DNA of 64,000 nt from Ophelia neglecta (Eukaryota): assembly GCA_965285935.1 (NCBI GenBank), contig OZ260666.1:64728001-64792000 (forward strand), in the 5' to 3' direction. Below the pieces are notes generated by a model. It was not told where the DNA came from, searched no databases, and saw only the letters and a program-made list of their open reading frames with translations. The number at the start of each line of letters is the position of its first letter. Within the stretch, counting starts at the first letter, position 1. Made by a program: the position numbers and the translations under genes. Shown here piece by piece: positions 1 through 11,300 of this stretch.

Positions 1-944
1 ATATATATAGGAATGGGGCAAGTAGTACCTAGCGTGGACCGATGTCATGTAGGATCCATCCCCACAAACTTTACATCCTAATCATTTTGCTAATTTCAGT
101 ATTTAAATTTTGAAAGTTTTTCATACGGGAGCCTTCTAATGTGGAATTTGGTGTACATGTAACAACATGTGGTGACACCAATATTAGTTATCCGCTAGTC
201 GGGGATGTTGTTATTATATAAGATCTCTTTATGTACTGACGTAAACGCCCAATTTGGAAGGGATTGTGTTTTGGGGCTGTGAGCTAACGGATCAGCCTAG
301 CAGACTTATAACATAACACGTCTAATTAGTGTGATAGCTAAATGGCGGTTATGAAGGTGCAATGTAATAATTTGGGTGTATGGAGGAGAGGTAATGCTAC
401 AAATTTGCGGCTAGTGCTGTCATTGCTTTGCGCCTTATCATTCGGCTTTCTGTGGATTTCTGACTTGTAGACGAAGCTATATCACCAATATGTAACGCAT
501 ATGACGAATATCATGGAAGGCATGTCAAACAGGAAAATATGATAAAGCAAACAGTACCATTTTCCTTTTGTCAATTTTCTTGGCTTGCCCTTAAAGAATT
601 TTTTGTTACTCCAATAGTCATTTTTACCAGAAACATAGGAAAGTTGCATATCTAAATTCAAACGAATATTAGTACGATGGTTGCACAATTTTCTTTGGTA
701 TGTCATGTACTTTGCATTGCAGTCGCATCGCTCTCGGTGTAACTGAGAACAACGGAATGATGTTTGATGTTGTTTTGTAAATGGGATAGAACCAGTGTAC
801 ATGACCAATTGTGATGAGCTCAACTAGACACTGATAGCACCCTATACCGAAGTATGATAAATTTCCAATAAGTCCCTGAAGACATTAAAAAAAGAGTAAT
901 TAGAATGATACTTGCGTTGATTTTGGTGAATTGAACAAACTCAC

Positions 945-1026
945 CGATGACTCCTCTGAGGTTGAGCAGTGGTCCTAGGAGGCAGAGCAGACAGGAGAAG
1001 AGATGTGCAGTCGAGGTGGATCCCAT
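945..1026 (-). CDS. First (signal-peptide) exon of a neighbouring secreted or membrane-protein gene that continues beyond the left edge
   Basis: ATG at 1026; MGSTSTAHLFSCLLCLLGPLLNLRGVI then consensus donor G|gtgagt, phase 1; hydrophobic core. Confidence 0.6.
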
Positions 1027-1139
1027 GCCTTGTAACTTGGGGCTGATAGCTCCGGCGTAATTAACCCAGCTCTGTCTGCCGGAACCGGCTCAGAAACCTC
1101 TCCACAACAGATAGTGAGGGTCATAAGCGTCTTTAAACC

Positions 1140-1350
1140 CGTCACTCATTCAGCCATGTGAAAAGATGAGTATGTGATGAGGCCCTTGGCTACCGATTGC
1201 CCGATTGGCACCCTTTTAACCAGATATAACTCAGATGATTATAACGCAGCAAAATAGAGGAATATGGCCAGTTGCGAGGCGCGCCATTCTAAGCATCTTT
1301 GCGGCGGGGGCGTGATAGGTAGCCTGTAGAATAAAACCAGCTGCGAGCGT
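1140..1350 (-). promoter_or_regulatory. Putative promoter of the neighbouring gene
   Basis: CCAAT on the minus strand (attgg 1204-1208), GC box gggggcgtg 1306-1314, CpG-rich patch just upstream of the exon. Confidence 0.4.
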
Positions 1351-1727
1351 GGGCAAGTTGACATCTCAATTGTATCCTCAAAGGGGATAAAGATAATTAC
1401 CTGGTGATTAAACTAGGCGGTAAATACATGTTAGAAGGGATGGTCAGAAGCCGTGTCTTATTTATCTGGAATGTCTAGCATGTATATAAGAAAAGTTACT
1501 TTAATTATAGAGAGGGTCACTAAATGGCGGCAGACAGTCTGGTAATGTATCAAAAGTTTATCAACATCTATGAAACAACGCCAATCAGGTATATGCACGA
1601 CAGTCCCATTTTTAAACATGTTCACCCCCCACCCCGATTTAAAATGGCCGCCCCCACAATAAAAACTTCTCTTAAGGAAAAGCTTACTTGGATGAACACA
1701 TGGGCATTTCCATCAGAAAGGGTACAC

Positions 1728-2930
1728 ATATTACTTGCAAAATTTGGACTGAGTGAGGTGATGTATTGTGTACAATTATACCAGTTGTTTTGTGTGCTTT
1801 GTAGATTTACACAATATCGCCACTAATTTTAGGGAAATATGTGACTTATCCACATCGCCACATATTTACCAAACTAGAGTCGAATCAGAATTTTTCTCCT
1901 TTAAGGCCTAGCTAGCCAAACGTAGTATACTAACAGAAGCGGTATTTAACTCTCCTTTATATGAAGTATAAAGTCTTCATTTTAAAGCTTGTGTAGTCCT
2001 ACACTATTTGTTGTTTTTTTCACCGTCGGGTAGTCAGCGACGCATCACTTAATGTTGGGAAGCAACATTGAGGAGGTTTGCTCGGGTTCGAGATCGGTTA
2101 CGACGGTTTGGAGGGTATTTTAGTTTTTCTTAGTTGCTATTTAATATTTGTTGTGGACGCTTTTCAGATATAATGTTCTTCTCCGCTGTACACCCCCAAA
2201 AGCTTTTATATCATCGGACCAACAGCCCTTTACTTAACTTACATCTCTGGTGGTGACTGAGCATTTAATGAAATTAATTATCAATTGATAACAGCCATAT
2301 CATTAAAATATAAAAAAGAAGACCAAGTAATAATCCCTGCGAGACCCCACCGGTTATGATTTATAACGATACAACATCATATTCGACAATGTGGGAATGC
2401 TTATGCAGCTCCAGAAGGCAAACCTTTAGTCTAGCTTGAGCCATAATATGACACGATTGACTGTGCCAAGCGAAATACCGACTAGCGACATGGAAGTAGC
2501 TGAGACATTAACTAGCATTACCGTGTTTGTGAGAACATTCTATATGGACGTAACAAAATTCGGATTGGATAAAAATTGAAAACTGAATTGAAAAGCTTAA
2601 TGTCCAATATAGTTTACAATATATAAAACTTGTGTTATATGTAAATTTGTGTATTATTTGCAATAGTATCAAGTGTATCCCGACAATTTGGTATTTGATG
2701 GTGGACAGTCTACACAGAAATGTCTTCTCATAGGTCATTGGATGATAATAGGTCAAATTTTCTTTGACTGCGGCGTGTCTAGACCAATTAAACTTCAGAA
2801 GTTTAACAAAAAGGGTGGCAAATTTTCTTTTCTTGTACTGAAAATTGTTCTTGACAAAAAAAAGTACTTCTGGAGGGATAAATTGTACACAATACATCAA
2901 CTCACTCAGTCCAAATTTTGCCAGTAACAT
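1728..2930. repeat. About 50-bp inverted repeat pair (1728-1777 and 2881-2930)
   Basis: atattacttgcaaaatttggactgagtgaggtgatgtattgtgtacaatt matches the reverse complement of 2881-2930 with 3 mismatches. Confidence 0.85.
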
Positions 2931-4761
2931 TTGAACCTCCAGACAGCATTTCATAGTCTGTGAAAAACGTTTATTTACATACAGATATGAATATGAGGCG
3001 TTAACCAAACCAGTCCGATCTCCCCGTAATGCTGACCAATGATTTAGCTGAATAGGTATTGATATTAGAAAGTTGATAATTCAAAAATCCAAAAATGTGA
3101 TTTTTTTTAAATCCGCCTCACGCGTTAGAGAAAATTGCACATCTTGTTATGCAAATCTTATAGTACAAAGTTAATAGCATTTAATGATGCTTAACTATAT
3201 CAAGATAGGAGACTGGATAGCCATGAATAAAGAATAACAGTTTATAACATTTAAATTTGCCAATCTAGAAAAAGCGGGAGTGAACCCGTGTACCTACAGA
3301 ACAATAGTTTATAACATTTTGAGGTGCTGATCTAGTAATATTATAATTTCCTTCTCGTTTTCTCATTGTATACCGTAATGATAACTTAAATTAAGCAATC
3401 AATTAGATAAAATGAAAAAAGTAAAAGTAGTGAAAAGAGATGCGAATATTGTTATGAGAGCAATTCAAGCATACCTAATTTACAAACAATACTTATGAAT
3501 TTTATCAAATGAAATAAGATATAGAACAGAATATGTAATAATTACCCGGGTCTTCAGATGTAGCTATCAGGTTGTTAGTGCTGGATAAAAATAAAATTAT
3601 ACCCAACATTGAAATAATAATTATTATTATAATTGTAGCAGAAAATAATCAGAATATAATATAATCAATTAATCCCGTAATAGCAATGGTAGAACATAAT
3701 AACACGGTTTTGTGTTTTGCTTTGTGCCATGACACTACGGATGATTATTGGAACCAATTTCAATTCACTATTGATCTACATTTCGCAATTGGCACGAATT
3801 TGGTAAAATGAACACAGCGCTACAATGCTGATTATAGTGGGTATGGTATTACCAATTTTTCTTTGATAGAGAGTATAATATTACAATTGCTCTTTTAGAA
3901 TTACAATAACCTGAGATACCAAACACGAGTTACAAAAGACGTGCATATTGCTAAATGAAATAAGTTCCATAAGCGGAATTCTCCCATTCTAAACATAGTT
4001 GTGGGTACTGAAATGAGTGCGTGGACGATCTGCAGAAAGCCGTGTAAACCGATACATCAAGCAATGTGATATATTTAAGCAAAGTTGACTTTGATTAAGC
4101 CCACAAGGATCTTCAAAGGCACGATCCTGTCACACCTTAATACTGTGTAAAATAAGCAATTTTTCCCGTCTTTACGATGATTTTGGACTGGCGGTTTTTC
4201 TAAAATATTCTTTAATATCTATTAAATCTATGAATCCGCGATTTCAAAAAGAATATTTCCGCACCGAAGTGACATTAAGTCAGCAGAGTTATATTATAAA
4301 AAATGTGGATTTATTATAAAAAATGTGGATTTGCCCGTTACAAAAACGAAAAAATATAACTAGTTTCTCCGACAAACTGAACTGGATTTTGTGCGTTATT
4401 GCCGCCCTAATGGTTGGGAGACACATTATATAAATAGTCGTTGTAATACTTTTTATATGAGACGTTTTGGGCTTGGTGTTAACGGCGAAAGCGAAAGCTC
4501 TTATAGTTATGTATTCAGTTCTATCAGACCTACCTACAACTGCTCCCTGTCGCGTGATCATTTAAATCGATCCCCAAGCCACTTCTACCACTGAAATGCA
4601 ACTCCTTCCTTCGATCGCCCCTCGTTCCATACCGTGCCCTACCACCTTCTACCGCTTTCTTTTCCGCCCTACTACAGGGGATAAACCTGCATTTATATGT
4701 CACTTCAGTTGGCTAGTTGTCTTTCATACAGTTGAAGGTAAATATAAAATCCCTTGCCCAC

Positions 4762-5375
4762 TTCAGTTTGACTGAGGCAATTTTATTTGGGGGTAACTTC
4801 TGTTTTACTTAGGGGCAAGTTCAGTTCGACTTTGGGGCAACCTCAGTTTGACTTGGGTGTAGATTCAGTTTGACGTGGGGGTAACTTAAGTTTGACTTGG
4901 GGATAAGTTCAGTTTGACTTAGGGTAAGTTCAGTTTGACTAGGGGGTAGGTTAAGTTTGACTTTGGGGTATCCTCAGTTTGACATAGAGGTAAGTTCAGT
5001 TTAACTTGGGGGTAAGTTCAATTTCACTTGGGGGTAAGTTAAGTTTGACTAGGGAGTAAGTTCAGTTTGACTTGGGGGTAAGTTAAGTTTGACTTAGGAG
5101 TAAGTTAAGTTTGACTTGGGTGGTAAGTTCAGTTTGACTTGGGTGTAGGTTCAGTTTGAATTGGGGTAAGTTTAGTTTGACTGGGGGTAAGTCCAGTTTA
5201 ACTTGGGGGTAAGTTCAATTTGACTTTAGGGTAAGCTCAGTTTGACTTGGGGTAAGTTCAGTTTGACTTGGGGTAAGTTCAGTTTGAATTGGGGGTAAGT
5301 TCAGTTTAACTTGGGGGGAAGTTCAGTTTGACTTGGGGGCAACCTCAAATTGACTTTGAACAAGTTCAATTCGGT
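4762..5375. repeat. About 21-bp minisatellite (GGGGTAAGTTCAGTTTGACTT), roughly 29 copies
   Basis: Read directly; degenerate edges. Confidence 0.95.
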
Positions 5376-5465
5376 TTGGCTTAATAACTATTCATGACCA
5401 TTCATCTCTGGGCGGAGCATAGAGGAACAATGGGATTGGTTCTCCTATACTGGCAGTGGGGGATA

Positions 5466-5662
5466 CAGTGGCGGGGGGGGGGGGGGGGGGCAAGTGGGAC
5501 TGCCCCCTTTTGCCAAAAAGTGGGCCTGGTCCAGGGCCTTTTCATGAACCCACGCAAGGTGCTTTCAGAGGGTTGGTAACGGGACAAACCAGACATTGCC
5601 TTGTCAGCCTTGGAAAACTTTGCCCCCCCCCCCCCCTTCCTGATATCCTGGATCCGCCACTG
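5466..5662. mobile_element. G-run/C-run MITE-like element
   Basis: Termini CAGTGGCGG ... CCGCCACTG with internal poly-G and poly-C. Confidence 0.55.
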
Positions 5663-5805
5663 AGAATTTTTAAAATGGAAGAAAAGAACAATTTGACATA
5701 TTACAACCTCTAAATACGCAACGTAATCTGATCATACTGAAATATTTGCCATTGTACAAATTTAATATATAACTCAGAAAGGTCAGATAATATGCCACGA
5801 TCAGG

Positions 5806-5811
5806 TTTATT
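5806..5811 (-). terminator. Candidate polyadenylation signal for GABBR2
   Basis: AATAAA on the minus strand about 2.1 kb after the stop (another at 5862-5867); no transcript support. Confidence 0.25.
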
Positions 5812-7015
5812 GACAGCTAGTTTCTAGTTCTTCATACTACTTGAGAGGGAGAGAGAGGTCATTTATTATCGGAGGGGGGAGGGGGGTAACTCCTTACCCA
5901 GGTATCGGTGTAAACTTTACTATCACCCTTTCCCCCTATCGGAGACTGCCCTAATTCTATTGAAATAATGAACCATTGTTAAGGACATGGTCGATAAATA
6001 TAATGTCTGGGAGAACAGACAGAAATTATTGCACGACGTTAGACGACGACATTAGAGTGCATATCTAACTGTTACTTATTCAAGAATACCACATACCGTA
6101 GGACCAAACCATTATTCAATTCAAATACATTTTAGGACTGTATAGTTCAAGAAGTATATTGTCGCAAATTTCATTTATCTTAAACGCTTCAAAATCCTTT
6201 TAATATGACTAAATACATGTTCTTTGCCCTCGAATATTGAAAAGAACCAACGGCCTGCGATTCAAAACAAATATCTATACTGCGTGTTGCCTTCATAGGA
6301 TAATAAATAAAACATGCGATTTCTTATAGGAATCCAAAGTCTCCGCAGCCCAAAGGACTGTTTGCGGTCACGTTCTAACTTGTGCAGTTTGTGCTGACGG
6401 TTTTCATCTAGTTTAACTTAATTGTTAAGTTGCGGTTAATTTATGGTTTATCAATATATTACAGGGGCAATTTGACGCTATTTACATCTCATAGGAAGAT
6501 ATAGAACAATCCCCTTTTCTCGTTCACAATCGCAGGTCATGTCATTGAAGAATATGTTATCGTATACACCCACTAAGATGTGTGAACCCAGCTTTCATCG
6601 TGTTACGGGTACCCCACCATCTCTATATATATTTGGTGTGGTTATTCGGCGGTGGCATCGCTCACAGGTCAGAATACCCACCTTTCATGTATCAAAATCC
6701 ACAATGTTGTTGCTTAAAAGGTACCAAAATAAATTTAATGTATGCGGTCAGTTATTCAAGTTTCAGGACAAACAAGCGCTATCTGTCCATGATAAACTGG
6801 CAGTGATGGTAGAAAACTGTTCAGGCAGTAAGACCGGTCGAGTTCTCAAAACCACCGGCTAAATGTTATATTTAGTGTTTGCTTGCCCATGACATGGATC
6901 AACGGTACTAGATAGGCTTATTAAATAAGATAGTACCTGGAAAGTACCTCGAGCAAGTCGTGGAAATTATCTTTGTGTTTTGGTCGACACTACAAAGAGC
7001 AGGCCGCGGACGTGA

Positions 7016-7444
7016 CAGAGGCGTAGGAAGAAAAATCAAAGTGAGGTGGCCAACTTTACATCAGAGGCATAAAAAGTGGGGGGGGGGGGGGGGGCGGGCA
7101 AAGCATATGATGGGGGGCATGCCCCCTCCCCCCGCTTCTTACGCCACTGTACATTAATCTTTGCACGCCAACAAACATTGAATAAATTCAATTGAATTCT
7201 TGGCTGTGTAATGGGTTTGTAAATAACCTGCCCTAAGGTAACTATATGATTATGGTCAAGCCAACTAACGACAGACGCTTCTGACCACTGCTGCATTACA
7301 CCATTTTGAGAGGGCAAAAGTGAGTATATCATGAGGGTATATCATGAGGGTATATCATTAACAACTGGGGGGGCCAAAACATATTATGTGGGGGGGGGGG
7401 CATGCCTCCCCCCCACCCCCCACCCCCCGCTTCCTACGCCACTG
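7016..7444. mobile_element. Nested or tandem G-run MITE-like elements
   Basis: Left end CAGAGGCGTAGGAAG; right ends CTTCTTACGCCACTG (ending 7149) and CTTCCTACGCCACTG (ending 7444). Confidence 0.55.
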
Positions 7445-7910
7445 CGTGAATTTCGTGTTTTGGTTATGCAAATAATGAAACTTGAGTTAACATATTGAAA
7501 CCAAAAAGTAAACTGTGTTATCGATATTTTATCCAAAATCACTAGATCTATGTCATACATACGACAGTCAACGCACTCAAGCATGTGACGATGAACATTT
7601 TAGCATACATTTAGCTGGTGGTTATTACATAGGAACAAACACTGTACACCTGTTATAAATTAAGGTTTAAAGCCAAGCAGTCCCTATTCTGGTATATAAT
7701 TGACTAGAAGGCACACACATGGTATTTTGCAAATTTGTCACTTGATTCAGTCAACATCGTATAAAAATCAATCCATGTAATGACAGGATAAATAGGAGCA
7801 CCAAATCATATAATATAATAATAAACCAGACGATTCGTAGATTCAAGTGTAAAATGTTCATCAGTTGGTTACGAAAAACTACCAATAGCTTATAGCAATA
7901 TATTGTGCTT

Positions 7911-8353
7911 TTAAATGTACTCGACGATATCCACTTTGACAGGTTCAGCCGACGAAACCTCCGCCAGAGTCGCTCCTTCACTTCCATCCGGAAAATTTAG
8001 AGCGGTCACCGGAAGAAGACGCTCTCGGTCTTCACTGCGAGGCCCCTTCAATCGAATGGCTATGTTCTTGGCTCGGCGATCTCGGGGTGAGTCGTGTCGT
8101 CTGCCCGATTGGCTGATTCGAGCAGCGCTCGGTTTGAAATCAATCAATCGCTCCACGCTCTCTGATTGTTCCGGGTCACTAACTGCCCCACATATACATT
8201 GCTGATCTTTTTCAATATTTAAGATGCTTTCTTCTCCTGCGGCTATCGTCTCCGAATTAGCACGACGGGCAGGACCTGATTTGGACCTGTGTTCCAGGGG
8301 CACACTAATATACATGGCGTTTGTTGAGATGTCCCCTTCATTTGCGCTCATTA
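7911..8353 (-). CDS. GABBR2: GABBR2 terminal coding exon 21
   Basis: ttctag| phase-1 entry; VMSANEGD...[11 protein letters not shown]; GC-rich open frame in AT-rich flanks. Confidence 0.75.
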
Positions 8354-11300
8354 CTAGAACAAAATAAATTTGACAGTGATTAATGAACATGAATTTGTCG
8401 AGCGCCATTTCAATAATAGCATATATTGAAAAAAAACTAATTAATATGTTTCTAGTTAAACGATTTATTGTTAGAAAAAAAGAGTTAGTTGTCAGTAAGA
8501 ATGAGGTATCTTAGAAATAGCTAAGCAAAGTAGTAGTTAAATTAAATGTTAAAAGCGTGCTTACCAATAGTAGAGAAAGTAGTACCAGTAGTTGAGTAGT
8601 AAAAAAGGCAAACTGTTCACTAGTGACTAAATGCATGAAGCACATTCAGAATGTTAGTGGAGGGAAAGTGTTAGTACGGCAACATACCCAACTAGAAACA
8701 CTAAGATAGTAATGACGCAGTCGGGTCAGCAGTGTCGTCATCATGCTCTGAAATGTTTGGTTGGTTAGTAGGCGATGACGTCAGATATATGAAATGGCTT
8801 GATTTGCTAAACGACCTTGGCTACTTTATTTCCATCGTAGAATTTGAAATTTGATTAATCAGAGTGCAGCGTTTGTTAACCACAGGATGCTAAACGAGTC
8901 AAATTAAACTCATTGAATTTGCAGCTTATGGAAATGGTGTGAATTGGGGTAACAATCAGGCTTAATATGAGGTTATTGAAATTTGGAAGGGAAGGTGAGT
9001 CAACATTCAGAAAGAAAGCAGTGCGACACGAAAGCCGGTGTCAACTTTACATGTAATGTGCACGTGTAGCAGGGTGTATGCCGAAATACATCATGTGGGC
9101 CTTGTTGCCGCAATTTGGCGTGAACAATGATGGGAATCGGGAAGAAGGATGGCTAGGTGATGGGTGTATTAGTATGGCGAGGTAATAGGAACCTACCGAT
9201 CATTGCTGGGTGAATACAAGGGATTCCTCACATCCTGGCATGCTTTCATCGTAGGGGCCTAACAAACATGCAGATCATTCAACATGCTGTCTAGGAGACA
9301 TTAAGTATCATTACATGGGTAAACTTACAATTTACAAGTATATCCGATAGGTAACCAACTTAGGTTTCTTGACTATAATCAGTATACACAGTTAAGTGTT
9401 CTCATGCACGTTTTCTTTATTGGATTGACTTTTATCTACCAAAATTACCTTTGGTAAGAATATCACTTTAACATATCCATTATTAACTAGATTTAGTTAT
9501 GACATTGACTTCTAACGAGGTAGATTATAACAACTCATGCTGAATATGGATTTTAATTGATCTTCATGCACATTATATTCATAAGCGAAAAAAGTATGTC
9601 TTGTTATGGTTTTTATATACATAGATGTACTGTTAGTAAGTATGTTGTTAATGCTAGTTTTAGTATCTCTCATACAACAATTACAAAGCCATTACATTGC
9701 ATACGAGCACAGCGCTTTCATGATTATAAGTTAGATCGGGAGTCCAACCTGGTAAGCTTCTGATACTGGGCGAGTTAGATCTGGAGCGGTCATGCTCGGA
9801 GTCAGACAGTATGGCCGTCTCCCTCAGAGAGAAGATATCGTTAAGGAACTTGAGGCCTTGGTAGGAAGGCGTTCTAGAGGCAGACGACGAGAACCTGAGA
9901 AGGACAGACGGCAAAGGGGCTTTTAAAGCTAACAGACATGCACACCAGTCAGGGGCGTGTGTAAGAATTAGGGGTTAGGATCCCAGGGGCGGATCTAGGA
10001 ATTTTGGAGGAATCGTAAAGCGGGGGGCGGGGTGGTCACAGTAGTTTTATACATAGATGGGCTTGTTCAGAGTGATAAAAAATATTGGTAGGGGGGGGGG
10101 GGGGGGCAGGCCCACTGCCCCCCCCCCTGTATCCTCCCCTGAGTGTAGTGGACGAAAGGCAGCCCACGGGCAGAGTGAGAAGGGACACATGTCCCTCCCA
10201 GCCGACTTCCATCATACTGCCCACTGTCTGTGTGTGTGGCGCTGCTAACGGAAATGACATCAAAACATCACAAGTCTATAACACTCTCAAGCACCCTTCA
10301 GCTGCCAATCAAACACTGCAAACGCATATCGATTTAGTATCAAGATTCGTTTGAGGTGATATCAAATGCGTTTTCTTAGATTTTATTGGATATAAAATCC
10401 GTGTGTTGTTTCTAAGAAAACTGTCAACTGCATGTAAGGATTGACAAATGATAAGAACAAGTTTTTAATCTTCGATTGAGTTAATGAGCGGCATGCGATT
10501 AAGCCTAGTTCTGCTCGACTCTCCATCGTGTTGTATATTGAGCAAGCACAAATTTGAGAATAATATGGGTGTGGCTTTTTCATTACAGTGCAACCACTAC
10601 TGAATGGAATGTGGTTTCTCTAAACGTCTATGAAACAATGCTAAATATGTTTATTTAGAAAGCGCGATCTCTGAATAACAGTCGTGGTGTGTCAATATGT
10701 TAACATTGCTATCATGACAGGAAAAAAAAGACAAACGACGACATTGAAGGCTGAATGCAGCGTTTTCGAGAAAGCTTTTCCGAATAAAGGCATTCATTTT
10801 AAAAATTAATTTAGGGTCTTTTTAATATTAATGAGTTCAATGCATTGCTTACCAATACATTTTGAGTAACCCTTATTCATTTTTGCCTTTATCATTAGTT
10901 GTATTTTGTGCGCTCTTTTCCTTGATTGCCTTCACATATCAGGTATATTTTTGGATATTATATCGGTACTTCTACTGTATGTATTGTATACATTGACACC
11001 ATATCGGGTACCTCCTGTTCCGATTTTGACAGAAGAGGTCGTCGTAGGTCGGAGGCTCTACGTCATTCCTCATGTTGTCTGTCACCAATGGAGACTCCGC
11101 GTCTGTCATATCCTCCTCCCCCTGAGTGTCGTCACTGGTCACTTGGCGGGAACGACGCTCATAATGTGGTGGAATTTTGCTGAATAAAAACCGAAAAACT
11201 AAGTTCATAATGTGGCAGGATATTGCTGAATGTTTGCCAAGAGCTAAATTGACTTTTCTAACACATTTTTCTGATGCAAATTACTCATTGATCAAATACA

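Noticed and set aside
2508-3008. 166-aa ORF sharing LLAKFGLSE with ORF 1524-1826
   Set aside because: The shared peptide is just the 50-bp inverted repeat; non-ATG start and AT-rich, non-coding-like composition.
10142-10244. Extra tail exon after tttccgttag|cag
   Set aside because: The acceptor is plausible, but there is no convincing donor and it runs into a MITE-like element; unresolved without RNA data.
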